Part shown: positions 12,997 to 27,503 of the stretch, one piece after another
Layout of the letters: each line of letters begins with the position of its first letter
Position numbering within the stretch: the stretch's first letter is position 1
Source: Octopus vulgaris
Lineage: Eukaryota
Assembly: GCA_951406725.2 (NCBI GenBank)
Contig: OX597816.1
Span: 121,086,001-121,150,000, forward strand
Direction of reading: 5' to 3'
Length of the DNA stretch: 64,000 bases
Made by a program: the position numbers and the translations under genes
Notes under the pieces: generated by a model
The model's database searches: none
Told to the model about the DNA's origin: nothing
Seen by the model: only the letters and a program-made list of their open reading frames with translations

Positions 12997-13612
12997 CACA
13001 TGTATGTATGCTTGTATGTATATACACACTACGTACGTACATGTATACACAAACATGTATGTATGTGTGGGTGTGTGCGTCTATGTATGTATGTATGTAT
13101 GTATGTATGTATGTATGTATGTATGTATGTATGTATGCATATATATATATTGATATAAAATATAAACATTGAACACGTTCAGACCTGAACAAGTAAAAAG
13201 AAATGCCGAACAAAGAGATCCCTGCACCCTGTTTCAAGCAAATCACAATATACCACGTGTTGAACATTTCAGCAAAAGCAATTTTCTTTTTTACGACTTA
13301 AGGTTGACCAAAACATAAGCCAGGCTGTTTTGTAAAAATATTATCGTTTTATTCATCTCAACGGTAAGAATATACCGAGATATATAAGTATACACACATA
13401 TACATACGTACATATATATACATACACACACACACACATTGAAATCTATGTATGTATATACATATGAATGTATATGTTTGTATGTATATATACATATATA
13501 TATGTATGTGTGTGTATATGTATGTATGTATATATATATATGTGTGTGTGTGTATGTATGTATATATATATGTGTGTGTGTGTGTATATGTATGTATATA
13601 TACATATGTATG

Positions 13613-13665
<53 letters not shown>

Positions 13666-13674
13666 TATATATAT

Positions 13675-14340
<666 letters not shown>

Positions 14341-14701
14341 TTGTACTTCCAAATCGCTTGGACGCACTGTTTAAAAGCCACAAGTTGTAGTAATCGTTCT
14401 GAGAAATCATATATAAACAAACATTGCTAAAAAACACGGATTATATCGGCAGGCAAATTTCGTCAGCACTGGTTGTAGGACAATTGTAACATGTGATTTC
14501 CGCGTATTTTCGCATCATCAGCATCAGATACTTAAACACCGAATACAAGACCGAAATTTCGGTCGTATTGTAAAACTTTCTGTAACTTTAAAAGCATGTG
14601 ATTTTCTAATTCATTATATTTCGTCGATATAGATAGATAGATATAAATAGACAGACAGACAGATAGACAGACAGACAGACAGACAGATAGATAGATAGAT
14701 C

Positions 14702-14853
<152 letters not shown>

Positions 14854-15779
14854 TAGAACAAGAGAGATGGATCAGGAGAAAGACGAAAATTATATGCTGA
14901 ATTGAAACATTTTGATACGGAAAGGAATAGCGTAGTATGTATATTGTATTATATACATTTGTGTATAACCGAAAGAAATTTGAATTATGAAATTCTTATC
15001 AATTTTGTTATGATAAATAAATAAAGAATCAAAATTTTCACATATAAAGACCGGATGGAGAAAGTCGTTGTAAAAAAAAGAAGAAAGAATGATGAAGATA
15101 AGAGTGAGAGATAGAGTCAAAAGGATGTAGAAAGGCTAATAGAAATAGGGGTGATAAACTAAGAAGTGATGGAAAGCGAAAAAGAGAGAACGTTGCTAGG
15201 AAACAGCTTGTTGTAGTAAATAGAATTGTGTTTTCTGAGCGTGTGGTTAAACTATTCGATAATAAGTTGGTCGAAAGCCACATTTAGTTAAAATATATAT
15301 TACATTTAGAAATGATAAGAATTTTATAGACAGTGAAGACCTTGATAATTGCCTTCTACTAGTAAAAGTACATAATTCAAAGGAATTAGCAGGCAGTTTT
15401 TTCCATTATAGTAAAGATAAATATGATAATAATAACAACACCACATATGGAGTTCGGTTAAAACTGAGGCTGGGTGATTAACATGAGGATCATCTAGCAA
15501 AGATTAAATACCCCGATCTTGTATGTGGGGCCACCAGGCTCAGGTTGGTATGCGTGGATTAGCAGTTGCAAGAAGCTTACAGTTCATTAACAGGGCATAT
15601 CACTGGTGGAAACAATACGGTGGTTCATTCTACTTTTCATGGATATTACGTGTCGGTGGACTATGTAGTCTCTCGCAGAGACAGATTTGGAAATTGCAAT
15701 TTCAAGCGGGTAGGATGCTGTCGCGAAGTCGTCCCGATTACCATCGAGTCTCCATACAAAACGGGACAGGGAGATGGTC

Positions 15780-16600
15780 TTTTTCCTATTCTTGCTTCTG
15801 AAGTATGCGTAAAACCTTCTTAAAAATTGTTGGCTGTCATGCTCATATAATGTCTTGTGAAGTCATCGGATGATGTAAAGATAGTTCTATAGATCAAGCC
15901 TTTGAGAGACAGTATCCTCCCAGTGGGCTATGTAGGATTTCAACAGTTACAAGTCAGGGTGTGGACTAGAGGCTGAATAGGTGTGTGTTTAAGTCTAATG
16001 TAGCGTACAATATTTGAAACGACGAGGTCAAAGCACGAGTAACTGACCTTAACACTGTGGGGATTGAAGAGCTTATAATACTGATTCTAAGGATATGTTT
16101 TTGTAATTAACATCAGGGGGCGCTTAGTTATGTTAGTTGAAACTTCTAGGCTGCATGGAGGATTGAACCAGAATATCTTTCTCTTTCTGATTCTTCTCCT
16201 TTTCGGAGAAGGTTGTCTTTCATACCTACTAACTTACCAGTGAATCCACTCTTCGCTAGTGCTTCATCAAAGTGGATTAGTGGTGAACCCGTTGAAATTA
16301 TCTCTATCTACTGACAGTTTAGAGATTCTTCTACTTGTGTCTGTGAGCAAGATTTTTAATTAGCGCTGGGAATGACTAGAGCTTCTGTGGATACAAACAG
16401 TCGTTGGGCTTTCTATAAGGTTGCTACTTTTCCGTCTTCAAGTCTAAGGTTACGTCCAGGAAGCTGACCTTTGTCAAATTAGTGGCAGCTTTTGTAGTTA
16501 GGCCTATTTATTTGATTATCTTTATCAGATCCTTCCTGAATTTGTCCATAGCGTGGTCTTTCATATGACTTGAGATTGCCATCATCTCCACACAAGGTAG
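15780..16600 (-). mobile_element. Penelope-like retroelement fragment (RT C-terminal part, linker, start of GIY-YIG region), decayed
   Basis: Manual minus-strand translation: GDDG, VSFLDVTLDL, PYRKPND, KIFWFNPP, YKLFNPHSVKVSYSC, CNC, PLGGYCLSKGLIYRT. Confidence 0.8.
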
Positions 16601-17759
16601 AGCCATCTGTGTGTGTGTGTGTGGTTCCTTACACCATACACCCCCCCACATATATATACATACATACATACCTATAAATATATATGTATAAGAAAAAGAA
16701 AATGGAGATTGAGAAGTTAATAATTGTTTATTATTAACAACAAATTAATCATCACCACTTACAGCTATTTCAATTAATTCTCAATAAATTTTAATTATTA
16801 AATTCAATTGACCTGAGGATATCTTCAGAGGGAAAAGATATACCCTTGGATGTTTTATATGTGTTTATGGATTCATTATAGCCGACTGAATAATAGTTTA
16901 TGATTTGTATTTTTATATGTTCGCGGCGAGGGGTTTATATATACATAGATATATTTGCGTACATTCACACGCACATATGCATATTCATACACACATATAT
17001 GTTTGTATGTAAGTATTAAGCATGTATGTATATAAGTATGTATAAGCTTCCATCGTACCCCGCTCACTTAGAGAATAAAAGAGCCTGCAGCATAGTGTAC
17101 AAAAGTGTTAAAAAAGGTTGGAGAGGTAGTGGGGATATGAAAAGAAAGGGCCCTATTATTATCCTATATAATCTTAAATCTCTATTTCACATATTTAACT
17201 GGGGCAGTAACAGGTTTTTACAAATCCTACATACATGATATAAGAAACAGATTTAAACCATAATCATTTAATTTAACTTTGAATGCAAATAAACCTTTTC
17301 CGCCTTTATCATTTTAATCTGCGAAATACATAAATATCCATACAACAAATTCGTATACATTCAGTCCAATAGAATTTGAGCCGTGATATATCGGATGTAG
17401 GATTGCAGAGAAGTGATTAGATGTCCCAGTTACAAGTGTTTGTGAATGATAGCTTAGTTAGTACATTTAGCTTAAACCGCTAATGCTTTGGGGGTAATTC
17501 TGAATCTTTGTGTATGAATAAATAAATAAATAAATAAATGAATAAATACACACACACAACACAAACGCACAGAATCTCTTTACGTTCCGAGTTTATATTC
17601 CATTTTATTGGGTCGATAAAATGAATTTCATTTTGGTACTGGAATCGATTAAATCGAATATACCTGCCACCAGAAATTTGCGTTTTGCTTAAGATTGTAA
17701 TCTTCACGGCCTTGGAGCAATGTTGAGGACCGATGAGGAAAATCAGAGAAATTCTTCTC

Positions 17760-17847
17760 GTCATCGTCGTCGTCGTCATCGTCATCATCATCATCATCAT
17801 CATCGTCATCATAATCATCATCATCATCGTCATCATCGTCATCATCG

Positions 17848-17882
<35 letters not shown>

Positions 17883-17934
17883 GTCGTCGTCGTCATCGTC
17901 GTCATCGCCATCATCGCCATCATCGTCATCATCG

Positions 17935-17983
<49 letters not shown>

Positions 17984-18022
17984 GATCATGATCATCATCA
18001 TCATCGTCATCATAATCATCAT
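17760..18022. repeat. Compound (CAT)n/(CGT)n microsatellite
   Basis: Directly visible. Confidence 0.95.
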
Positions 18023-18685
18023 TGTTCCTGCTCCTGCCGCTCTTCCTACTCTTTTTAATGCCGATTTTTACACATCATTAACCCTCGCATATTTCCATCC
18101 ATGGTAATATTTTCCTCCTCATCTGGGACTGAATTCGCAGAAGATTGCAAACAAACGTCACCGCTTGTATGAACAGTGAAGCTTTATATACAATTAGTGC
18201 GTCATCTCAAGACAACGAGAAACTTGGCCCACAAATATACACAAATATTTAAATTTTCCTATATTAAATTCTCTCTGAAGGATTTGATTAGGTCGTGTCT
18301 ATAGTTGAAGACACTTTTCCAATGTGCATGTGGGACAGAATACAAAACGTTGTGGTTCTAAAGAGAGCTTTTTAGTCTAAGAGTCGTACCTGCGTTTACT
18401 ATCACTCCATGTCTACGCTTAGTTGTGTCTCCTAGAAAACTTTCAGGTCGGGTATTATGGAAAGTTTCCAAAAGTCTATTCTTGGCATTGCTACAGTGGT
18501 CAGGGGCGGGGCTCAGTGTTAATGTTAAACGCTACAACTATGACCTTATTAGAGCTTTCAATAACTGAACTTATCCGACAAGCGCAGAGTCACGAAATTG
18601 ACCAGCACACATTCGTTCAGTGTACATATTCGTTAGTGATGTCCTGTAGTTAATGTGTATTTATATACACACATACACACACACA

Positions 18686-18786
<101 letters not shown>

Positions 18787-18889
18787 ATAAATAAATAAAT
18801 ATATTTTGGCCACCACGAAGTATGTATACAAATACATGCATATATGATGTTCTAGTTTGTGACAGGCTGTCCTTGTTCGTGCCTCCCTG

Positions 18890-19295
18890 ATCTTGATGGG
18901 CAGCTTGTCATAAACTAAAGAAGCTTTAGAACTCCAAATTGCCCTGGCGAATCAAAATCAAGTTGTTCGTTGCAACTGCTGAATCAGTGCTGTAAAACAT
19001 GGCTGTAAAACATGGACACTAACAAAGAAATTATCAAACGGGTTAAATGGGTGCTACACAAGGATGCTACGAATGGTCACTGCGTATGCTATCCTGAACT
19101 AGAAGCACCCAAATTACTCTTGTGGAACTCACTTCATTGTGATGTAAGAAGAGGAAAACGCCGCCACACTTATATTCGACAATTTGATTGCAGACACTGG
19201 CCTGGAATGTATCCAGGACCTGGAAGATGGACCGAGATAAGTGGCGGGTGGATTTTGTCGCAATGGCCCGGGTTGGAACCCGACCATAAATAATA
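18890..19295 (+). mobile_element. RTE-type LINE 3' fragment
   Basis: WAACHKLKK, IKIKLFVATAESVL, GCKTWTLTK, LNGCYTRMLR, GHC, KLLLW, RRGKRRHTYI and DRDKWR across frames; ends in a taaataa tail. Confidence 0.75.
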
Positions 19296-19702
19296 AATGA
19301 TAATGTTCTAGAACAGAGAAGTTTAAGTTATTTTGCTGGATGTTCTCTGTTTTCGAAAGATATGCCGGTGAACAAAAAAAAACACATTTGATGATATGAT
19401 GGAAAGAAACATATTCGTAGAAGATATCTTTAAAGCGGCGAGAAATGAGACAACAGACTGACAAAGTCAGTAATTCTAAGAAAATGGAAAATAAGTGCGT
19501 CGATTGTGTTTTTGTCAGTCCCCTATGTAATATCATACACAGCTCAGTGAAGATGAACTGCGATTATTTATTATTAACAGACGTTTACTGTTTGTATGTG
19601 CAAACTCAAATTAGATTCAAGGCCTGCCTTCTATGTATCCAATAAGAGAGGCCATTGGCAGGGAACTTTTATAGTACAGTGGGCACTATATACTTGTATA
19701 AT

Positions 19703-19960
19703 GTGGTTCAAGACAAAATCCCTCAAGGACAAAATCGCCCCGAGGACAAAATCCCCCAAGACAAAATCCACCGGGACAAATTTTACACAAAAATATCAAC
19801 TAATAGATCTTTAAAATTTTTTTTAGGAAATTTCACTTTCTTAAAATATTTTTATTGTAGAGCAAGAACAATATCCCAGGGGATTTTATCCAGGGGGATT
19901 TTGTCTGGGAGGATTTTGTCCGGGAGGGATATTGTCCTCGGAGTAATTTTGTCCTAGTAC
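19703..19960. mobile_element. Foldback-like MITE with repeated subterminal GACAAAATC motifs
   Basis: About 5 gacaaaatc-type units on the left and about 5 gattttgtc-type units on the right, AT-rich core. Confidence 0.7.
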
Positions 19961-21165
19961 AACTTGATGTAGTATACTAAGACTTTTTAATTATCTAAAA
20001 TAACACCTTTTTATGAGATTACTCATTATCCCAATGACGAATTAGGGATAGAAAAGAAAGGGGAGAAAACCCAGAATATAATATAACTGAAATTGGTTAA
20101 ATATGGAATGCATTGGGAAGTGAGTTGATCTTTAGCAGGACGGTGATTCTCTCTTCTTTCTTTTTTCTTTTTTCTTCTTACTTCTTCCTTGCCCCGTAAA
20201 CTTTAAGATCATCAGACAGAACGGTTTCAATGTTTTGCCCCTCTAAAGTCAGAAAAATTCCGTCCCACTTCTGTTTGTTTTATTTCGAGTAGCTTTCATA
20301 TCAATTTCTCACACAGAATCCTTTAAAAGGAATTCTGGAAAGCAGTGTAGTGGATTTAAGTGATAAATGTATAACTTTTAGTCAATCTATCACCCCATCA
20401 CCAAGTTTCTGAAATTTTGGAGCTTAATATCATCACAGTTAACTGATGTAAGCAGAATTAGGATTTATTCCCAGTAGACAGAGTGCAATACCAATGATAG
20501 GATAAAAATACGAATTTATAAGATGAGAGGGCAACGCCTTATCCATTTAGCTATTGCAATTTCACACCATATTTTCTGCAAGGGCCTAAATCATTCTCAA
20601 TGATGATAGATTTAGTTCTCATATACCTAAGGCACAATTATTGTATATTCCATTGTTTTTTTGTTTTGTTTTTTTTTTAGCTTCACAATGAAATTTATTG
20701 TGCTGCCTTTGACAGTTTTTAGCATCAACCCTTTGATGATTTATTCGTCTTTCACTGAGAAGGAAAACATACTGATGAATTCTCCTTGTCACAGACGTTT
20801 GTGTCGATCTGTTTGTCAAAGGAAATTCAAGTCAAACAGAGTCGTGGAAAAGCTAACTAAAGCGAAGAGCAATAAAAATTCATCATTGGTGGGCTATTCG
20901 AAAGAAATCTTCAGGCTGCTTTCATCGTCAATAAAAGAAACTTAAAAAAAAAAAGAGTTGCTGCTACAAACACTTCCGGGCCAACCTATTCAGATACGTT
21001 CGACCCCACCTGGACTGTAACTAACCGTCACAATCACTAGACTTGCTGAAAGTTTATAGCTGTTACCACCATTTTCAGGAAACACCTATTAAAACGAAAG
21101 CAGAATAAAAAATAAATAAAGTAATAATAATAATAAAAAAAAAATAATAATAATAATAATAATAA

Positions 21166-21197
<32 letters not shown>

Positions 21198-21896
21198 TAA
21201 TAATAATAATAATAATAATAATGATAAAAAGTTAAATAAAGGAACTGAAGAGATATTTTTTCAGTTGGTTTACATGTTTTTATAATTAATAATTACTTAC
21301 GAATGTATTAGTTTAATCTTGTGTGAAATATAAAAAAAATGTAAGCTAAGCGGCCAGGTTTGACATAGTAACTGATAAATAAATCCCGAAAATTGAAGAA
21401 ACAACTTCACCACTATAACAACCACTGCCACCATTAACAACAATAACTATAGTAACCCATGTCTGCAAAGCAATGTACCTCTACGGGGTTAGACGTACAG
21501 AGTTTCAAAAAAAATATATAATAAAACAAATAAATAAATAAATAAAACATACGCCCTTCGACGCGTTATGCTTGTAACAATGATACGACACCCACAGTTA
21601 AGAGTGGAGGAAATTTGGCCTGAACTATTTAAGAACCGAATAAAAAGGAAAGAAAAACCATAAGATTAAATGGAATCACGCAAATTAAAAAGAAAACGAG
21701 ACCCTGTTTAAAATACTGTAATTCATTGCTACGACTTTCAAATACTTATGTTTCCTTCAAAGTACGGGACACACTCTGTTTTTATGTCATAGTTGCTTCC
21801 TCTCTCTTTATATCGTACATACGCACACGAACATTCATACATTTACATATACATACACACTTGCACACAAAAACATAATACATATATATACACTCA

Positions 21897-21933
<37 letters not shown>

Positions 21934-22495
21934 GCCTATACATGTGTGCATACATACACGTATACACACATACACTAGTAGACATGCATATATGCACATA
22001 TAGGCAATCTTTCGGTAAAAGTCTATGACATCATGACTGAGTGTGTGACAATCTTTCATCTGCTCAACAGAGCCGCACAGTAGTCAAACACACAATTGCA
22101 CTCACTCACGCTCACTCATGACTGATGCCATGTATAATTACCAAAACATAGCCGACGTATACAAACATACATACATACATACGTGTTAAATGTATTTAAC
22201 CGACCTCACACACTACTGCACGCGCGCATTCTTCAACGACGATTCATAAACTTATTTAAGATGTTTATATTAGCTCTCACAAACCAACGTAGAGAGGCAA
22301 ACGTGTCACTATATCTTCAAGATTTACTTTAGTTGAAGTCAGACAAGAACGACAGAGGAACTAATATAATCAGAATTTCATTAATTTTCTACGACTTAAT
22401 TTAGAAGGTCGGATCAAATGTCAGTAGGGGCCAAGATTGACCCCGGTGGAGTAAAGGGAGGGGAAAGCGGGTGTGTGAAGATATATATATATATA

Positions 22496-22578
<83 letters not shown>

Positions 22579-22606
22579 TGTACAGTACATATATGTATTT
22601 ATATAA

Positions 22607-22838
22607 AAGGCGGCGAGCTGGCAGAAACGTTAGCGCGCCGGGCGAAATGCTTTGCGGTTTTTCGTCTGTCGTTACGTTCTGGGTTCAAATTCCGCCGAGG
22701 TCGACTTTACCTTTCATCCTTTCGGGGTCGATAAATAAAGTACCAGTTTCGCACTGGGTTCGATGTAATCGACTTACTCCCTTTGTCTGTCCTTGTTTGT
22801 CCCCTCTATGTTTGGCCCCTTGTGGGTAGTAAAGAAAT
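22607..22838 (+). mobile_element. SINE family B, full-length copy
   Basis: aaggcggcgagctggcagaaacgttagc...gggttcaaattccgcc (A/B-box-like) ... tail ttgtgggtagtaaagaaat; sits in TA-rich repeat. Confidence 0.88.
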
Positions 22839-22894
22839 ATATATGTATTTATATAATTATATTTATCCGACCATACATAGTTATGGTCCATACA

Positions 22895-23290
22895 TCTTTT
22901 ATTTGTTTCAGTAATTAGATTGCGGCCATACTGGGGCACTTTGAAGGGTTTTAGTCGAACAACTCGACCCGAGGACTTATTTTTAAAGCCCAGTACTTAT
23001 TCTATCGGTCTATTTAGTCTAACCGCTACGTTACATCGCTAATTTACGGCGACGTAAACAAACCAGCACCGGCTGTCAAGCAGTGGTAGGAGGCAAACAC
23101 AAACTCACACACATACACACACACATATACGACAAGCTCTTTTCAGTTTTCGTTTTCAATATTCATTCACAACGCTTTGGTTGGCACGAGGCTATAGTTG
23201 AAGACATTTGCCCGAGGTGCCACGAAGTAGGACCGAGGCCGAAACCAGGGGTGTTGGGAGGCAAACTTCTCACCACACAGCCACGCCTGT
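22895..23290 (-). mobile_element. SINE family A, full-length diverged copy
   Basis: Collinear with 35170-35605. Confidence 0.8.
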
Positions 23291-23876
23291 GCTTTATATA
23301 AATATGTGTGTGCATGTGTGTGTTTGTATGTGTGTGTGTGTATGTATGTACATGTATGTATATAAGGTAAAGCAAAAATAGAAATAAAACTAAAAACAAA
23401 AGCAAATATGAAGGATGTATGTACACAGTGAATGAATTAGGTTGAAGTTCAGTTTAAGGGGTAAATACACACACTCGCACACACATACACACAAACACAC
23501 ACATACAAACACACGCACACAAACACACACGCACACAAACACACACGCACACACAGACTCACACACACACACACCTACACACACACACAGACGAGCGACT
23601 GGGCAAACGAAGGAAAAAGAAACTCAACGTGTAAGAGTTACATGTATTACTCAAAACAATTTGATTCGGTTCCATGCGACTTAAGGTTTCTCAATCAGGA
23701 ATTGAGGGCCCAAGGCAAAGCAAGTCATAAATTACCAGCTACGTAGGTAGTTCACGTAGGGGAGGGAAATTCAGTTACTAAATTCAATAGAAATTCAGAG
23801 GTGGAGTAACGGGTCAAATGAATAATTGACAAGTGTTAAGGTCTCTTACATTAATTTGCTTTCTCGAATAATTGAG

Positions 23877-24022
23877 TGGTACCCTAATTTGTCACCCTGT
23901 TTACCACCTGGCTTTTGGATTCCTTTAGATACCTTTAACGGTTTTTGGATCCCTTTAGATACCTTCAGTGGTACCCTAATCTGTCACCCGGTTTACTACC
24001 CGGCTTTTGGATACATTTAGCG
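23877..24022. repeat. Short imperfect tandem duplication (~90-bp unit with an internal 25-bp repeat)
   Basis: gtggtaccctaat(t/c)tgtcacc occurs twice and ttttggat.cctttagatacctt occurs twice. Confidence 0.8.
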
Positions 24023-24767
24023 GTTTAGCGAAGTCCATTCTGTCGAGAATATTTGGGTGAGTTCTCTGAGGATAACACATTTTTATACATTGTTTCCTAT
24101 TAAAGACACTCGTAAGTCGTAGTTTTATGTCCCATTCATCTCTCTACTAGTACATATACGTTGCAACTGTTATGGAAGTAGCCGTTCCTCTTCTGACTAA
24201 GTCTTATAAAAATACTTTCTCCTACAACTTTTGACATGTTCACTTATGTAAGTAGCTAATTCATAAACTTAAACAAAGAAATTAAGTTCATTTATCGTGA
24301 AGACAGGAGCGCTCTGACGTTCTTTTTATTGTCTGTATTTATTTGTGTTTCACTTTTTCCGATACAAACTATAACTAGTTTCTTCAGACAATAGTTTAAT
24401 TTTCTCCTTGTTAATTCATAAACTGGGCAGAATAATTGGAAAGCAAGGATTGGCTTCTGACGAACTATAAAAAACTGAATGGACAAAAAAGAAAATAAAA
24501 CCAATCCTAAACTTATTTAACTATTTTTTATAGATCTATATCGCCACCTCTTTTACGTGACAGCACTGCGCATGGTGATGAGGTATCAAATAAATAAAGC
24601 CATATCAGGGTAAACTCTCCCGTTGGCTTTGGAGCAGTGAAGATGGATGCCTGTTAGTCAGATTTCCAATATTGGTCCTTCGTAAAAATTTTGTACGCGT
24701 TGTTACGCTGACATGATTCAAAACAGTCAATTGATAAGCTATATTTCATATGTAGTTAAAGTAGAGG

Positions 24768-24960
24768 GCTGGCACAATCGTTAGCACGCCGAGAAAATTG
24801 CTTAGCGGCATTTTGTCCGTCTTTATGTCCTCGGTTCAAATGCTGTCGACTTCGCCTTTCATCCTTTCGGGGTCGCTAAAATATACCAGTTGGACATTAG
24901 GTTGATTTAATCGTCTTAGTCCCTCACTCAAAATTGCTGGCCGCGTGCCGAAATTTGAGA
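24768..24960 (+). mobile_element. SINE family B
   Basis: gctggcacaatcgttagcacgccg...cctttcatcctttcggggtcg. Confidence 0.8.
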
Positions 24961-25269
24961 CCAAAACTTAACTTGTAGTTTTGAGTAAATAAACATTTTA
25001 TTTTCAAAGAAGTAAGTCACACATTTATCTAAGAAATAGACGCATGGTCAAAAAGTACTTTTCGTAAGAATCGATGTTGTTTTGGATTGGATAGTAATGT
25101 ACAGCACCATGGATGAGTGTGTTTTAACACAGCCCCGAAGATAACTAAGCCTTGTGAGAGAAATTTCGTTGAGGAATACTATGCAGAAGGTCGTTGTATG
25201 TATGTATGTATGTATGTATGTATGTATGTATGTATGTATGTATGTATGTATGTATGTATGTATGTATTT

Positions 25270-25780
25270 ACGTATCTTCTATTTTTTAATTATTATAAAT
25301 CTTCCACTGAGGAAAGAGCCGGTTTCCAACAAAGATACAAGGCTCTATCTTTGGGATGCAGTTAACATAAACAAATTCACATTTGGAACTTGAGAAAAGT
25401 CTGGTATATTTTTACTATTTCACTCAGACTGCATTTGAAATGTGCGAATCAGCTGGTCGATTTATCTTTCTGAAAATCCAAGTTTATCAAGATTCTCCTT
25501 TGAGCATTTACTAACAAAACCTAGTGTTCCAATTATTATTGGTATGAATAAGAATTCATAGTCTAGATATAGAAGCTGGAGGTTTCGAAGCAGTTGTCCG
25601 TAGATATCCTCTTTTCATTTGATTTACAAAGAGATATTTAGATCTGCAGGGCAGCTGGCCTCTACGATGGTACATACCTTTGTCCCTCTGTCCCAAACAA
25701 CAGTTCCGGCCTGTTATGTTTACATTTGACAGAGGTTTTGATGGGAATGTTCCACCAGTATTCCTTGAGTTGGCGTTTAT
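25270..25780 (-). mobile_element. 5'-truncated RLE-type LINE (R4/Dong-like) 3' fragment
   Basis: YWWNIPIKTSVKCKHNRPE, then (frameshift) KVCTIVEASCPADLN...YGQLLRNLQLLY...IPIIIGTLG; flanked by (TATG)n on both sides. Confidence 0.8.
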
Positions 25781-25822
25781 GAATGTGTATGTATGTATGT
25801 ATGTATGTATTATGTATGTATG

Positions 25823-25856
<34 letters not shown>

Positions 25857-26902
25857 TGTATGTATGTATGTATGTATGTATGTATGTATGCATGCATGCA
25901 TGTATGTATGTATGTATTATGTATGCATGCATGTGTGCATGTATGTATGTTTGTATGCATGCATGTATGTATGTATGTATGTATGTATGTATGTATGTAT
26001 GTATGTATGTATGTATGTATGAATGAATGTATGTATACGATGGAAACACTAATAAAACACTGAATAAAATGAGATCCTAGTCAACTTTGCTTTTGGTCTA
26101 TCTCTGAAGCTATATGACAAGGAACTGCTTTAACTTAGGCAATCGATTAAATGAAATCAAAGGTGCTACCCAAGCATAGCCACAATGCAGTGACTGAAAC
26201 GATCAGCACTAATCTACTACATATATATATCAAAGAGAGTTTGTGTGTGTATGTGTGCGCGCGTATGTGTGTGCGTATGTTCGTAATGCATTCGGAAACT
26301 GAGTTGCCGATTTTGACGCATGGGGTATCAAAAGATTTAGTAATCTTTCAGCTACCAAATAAACTTTATTTTCATTTACTCTACAACAACCAGGTTTCAT
26401 TAGAAAGTGAAAATAGTTTCACACTTTCACTCTGAACCAATATATCACGGCTTTATATCATACGGTTTGAACTTGCCACCGTAAGCTAATCAAACATGCA
26501 TTAATCATGCATTATTCTATTTGCTTGTTGCAATAATCCGCAGCGAATAATCCTTCTTTTCAAAACTACTGGCCCTGTGCATAAATCAGTAATCATTATG
26601 AATAAAATTCATTACAAAGTTCTTTCGTTTGCTTTCATTCATTTTACTTGTCTCATTCGTTGGACTGCGGCCATGCTGGGGCAGCACATTAATGGGTTCA
26701 GTTGAATAAGTCGTGGTCAGTACTTTTTTTTGAAAGTCTGGTCTTTATTATATCATTCTTTACCTACCGAACTGCTAGCTTACAGGGACGTAAACAAACC
26801 AATACCGGTTGTCAATCGGCGAGGGGGACAAACACAAAATAAAATGAGCGCACACACACGCACTCTTACGTGTATATATACATAGATACATGCATACATA
26901 CA

Positions 26903-26938
<36 letters not shown>

Positions 26939-26946
26939 TAAACATG

Positions 26947-27041
<95 letters not shown>

Positions 27042-27042
<1 letters not shown>

Positions 27043-27248
27043 AAGTTAATCCAAACATGAAAACACAAAGAGAAAACACAACGCGAGGACGTGGAACAAA
27101 TATAGTCTTATTAGACGCTCAGGAAGGAAGGGAAGAAGGAGGGTTTAACGTTTCGAGCGGAGCTCTTCGTCAGAAACAGGAAAAGGAAAGATCCAGAGAA
27201 GGGAAGACGGAGGAAAAAAATCGCCAACGGTACACACGTGGTCACATT

Positions 27249-27250
<2 letters not shown>
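27042..27250 (-). mobile_element. ~210-bp hammerhead-containing dispersed element, copy 2
   Basis: Reverse complement of 5350-5558; (TA)n on both sides. Confidence 0.8.
27143..27177 (-). ncRNA. Minimal type I hammerhead ribozyme motif
   Basis: Minus strand: GTTT-CTGACGA-a-GAGC tcc GCTC-GAA-ACGT-t-AAAC, with a perfect 4-bp stem I. Confidence 0.62.
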
Positions 27251-27287
<37 letters not shown>

Positions 27288-27291
<4 letters not shown>

Positions 27292-27503
27292 ACAGTATAC
27301 TAAAAAGTTCCTGGCTTTGGGTAAAAGAAAATACAGGAGGATCAGTTAATTATTTTATTCAGCATATTCTCCTCTCAGATTTACACACTTATTGCAGCGG
27401 TCCTTCAGCTTTTCTAAGCTCTGTAGAAGATTTTGGAATGTTGGGCTTCCAACCAGGCCTTTCGCTATACCCTTAAAGCCAGGAACTTTTCACCACCCCT
27501 CGT
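27288..27503. mobile_element. Mariner-type MITE
   Basis: Inverted termini aaaagttcctggcttt / aaagccaggaactttt; right end reads cgaggggtggtgaaaagttcc on the minus strand. Confidence 0.7.

Noticed and set aside
15930-15955. In-frame TGA after CNC in the Penelope fragment as selenocysteine
   Set aside because: It aligns with the Arg of CNCR, so a CGA-to-TGA decay is more likely, and the copy has many other stops
17480-18107. His-rich, Met-rich or Ile-rich proteins
   Set aside because: All frames of one (CAT)n/(CGT)n microsatellite
19703-19960. CRISPR-like repeat-spacer pattern
   Set aside because: Units are ~9 bp with very short spacers and invert at the other end; eukaryotic context and no cas genes
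24290-24480. Possible further Penelope endonuclease tail on the minus strand
   Set aside because: Only a vague CL...NK...CxH resemblance; too decayed to support
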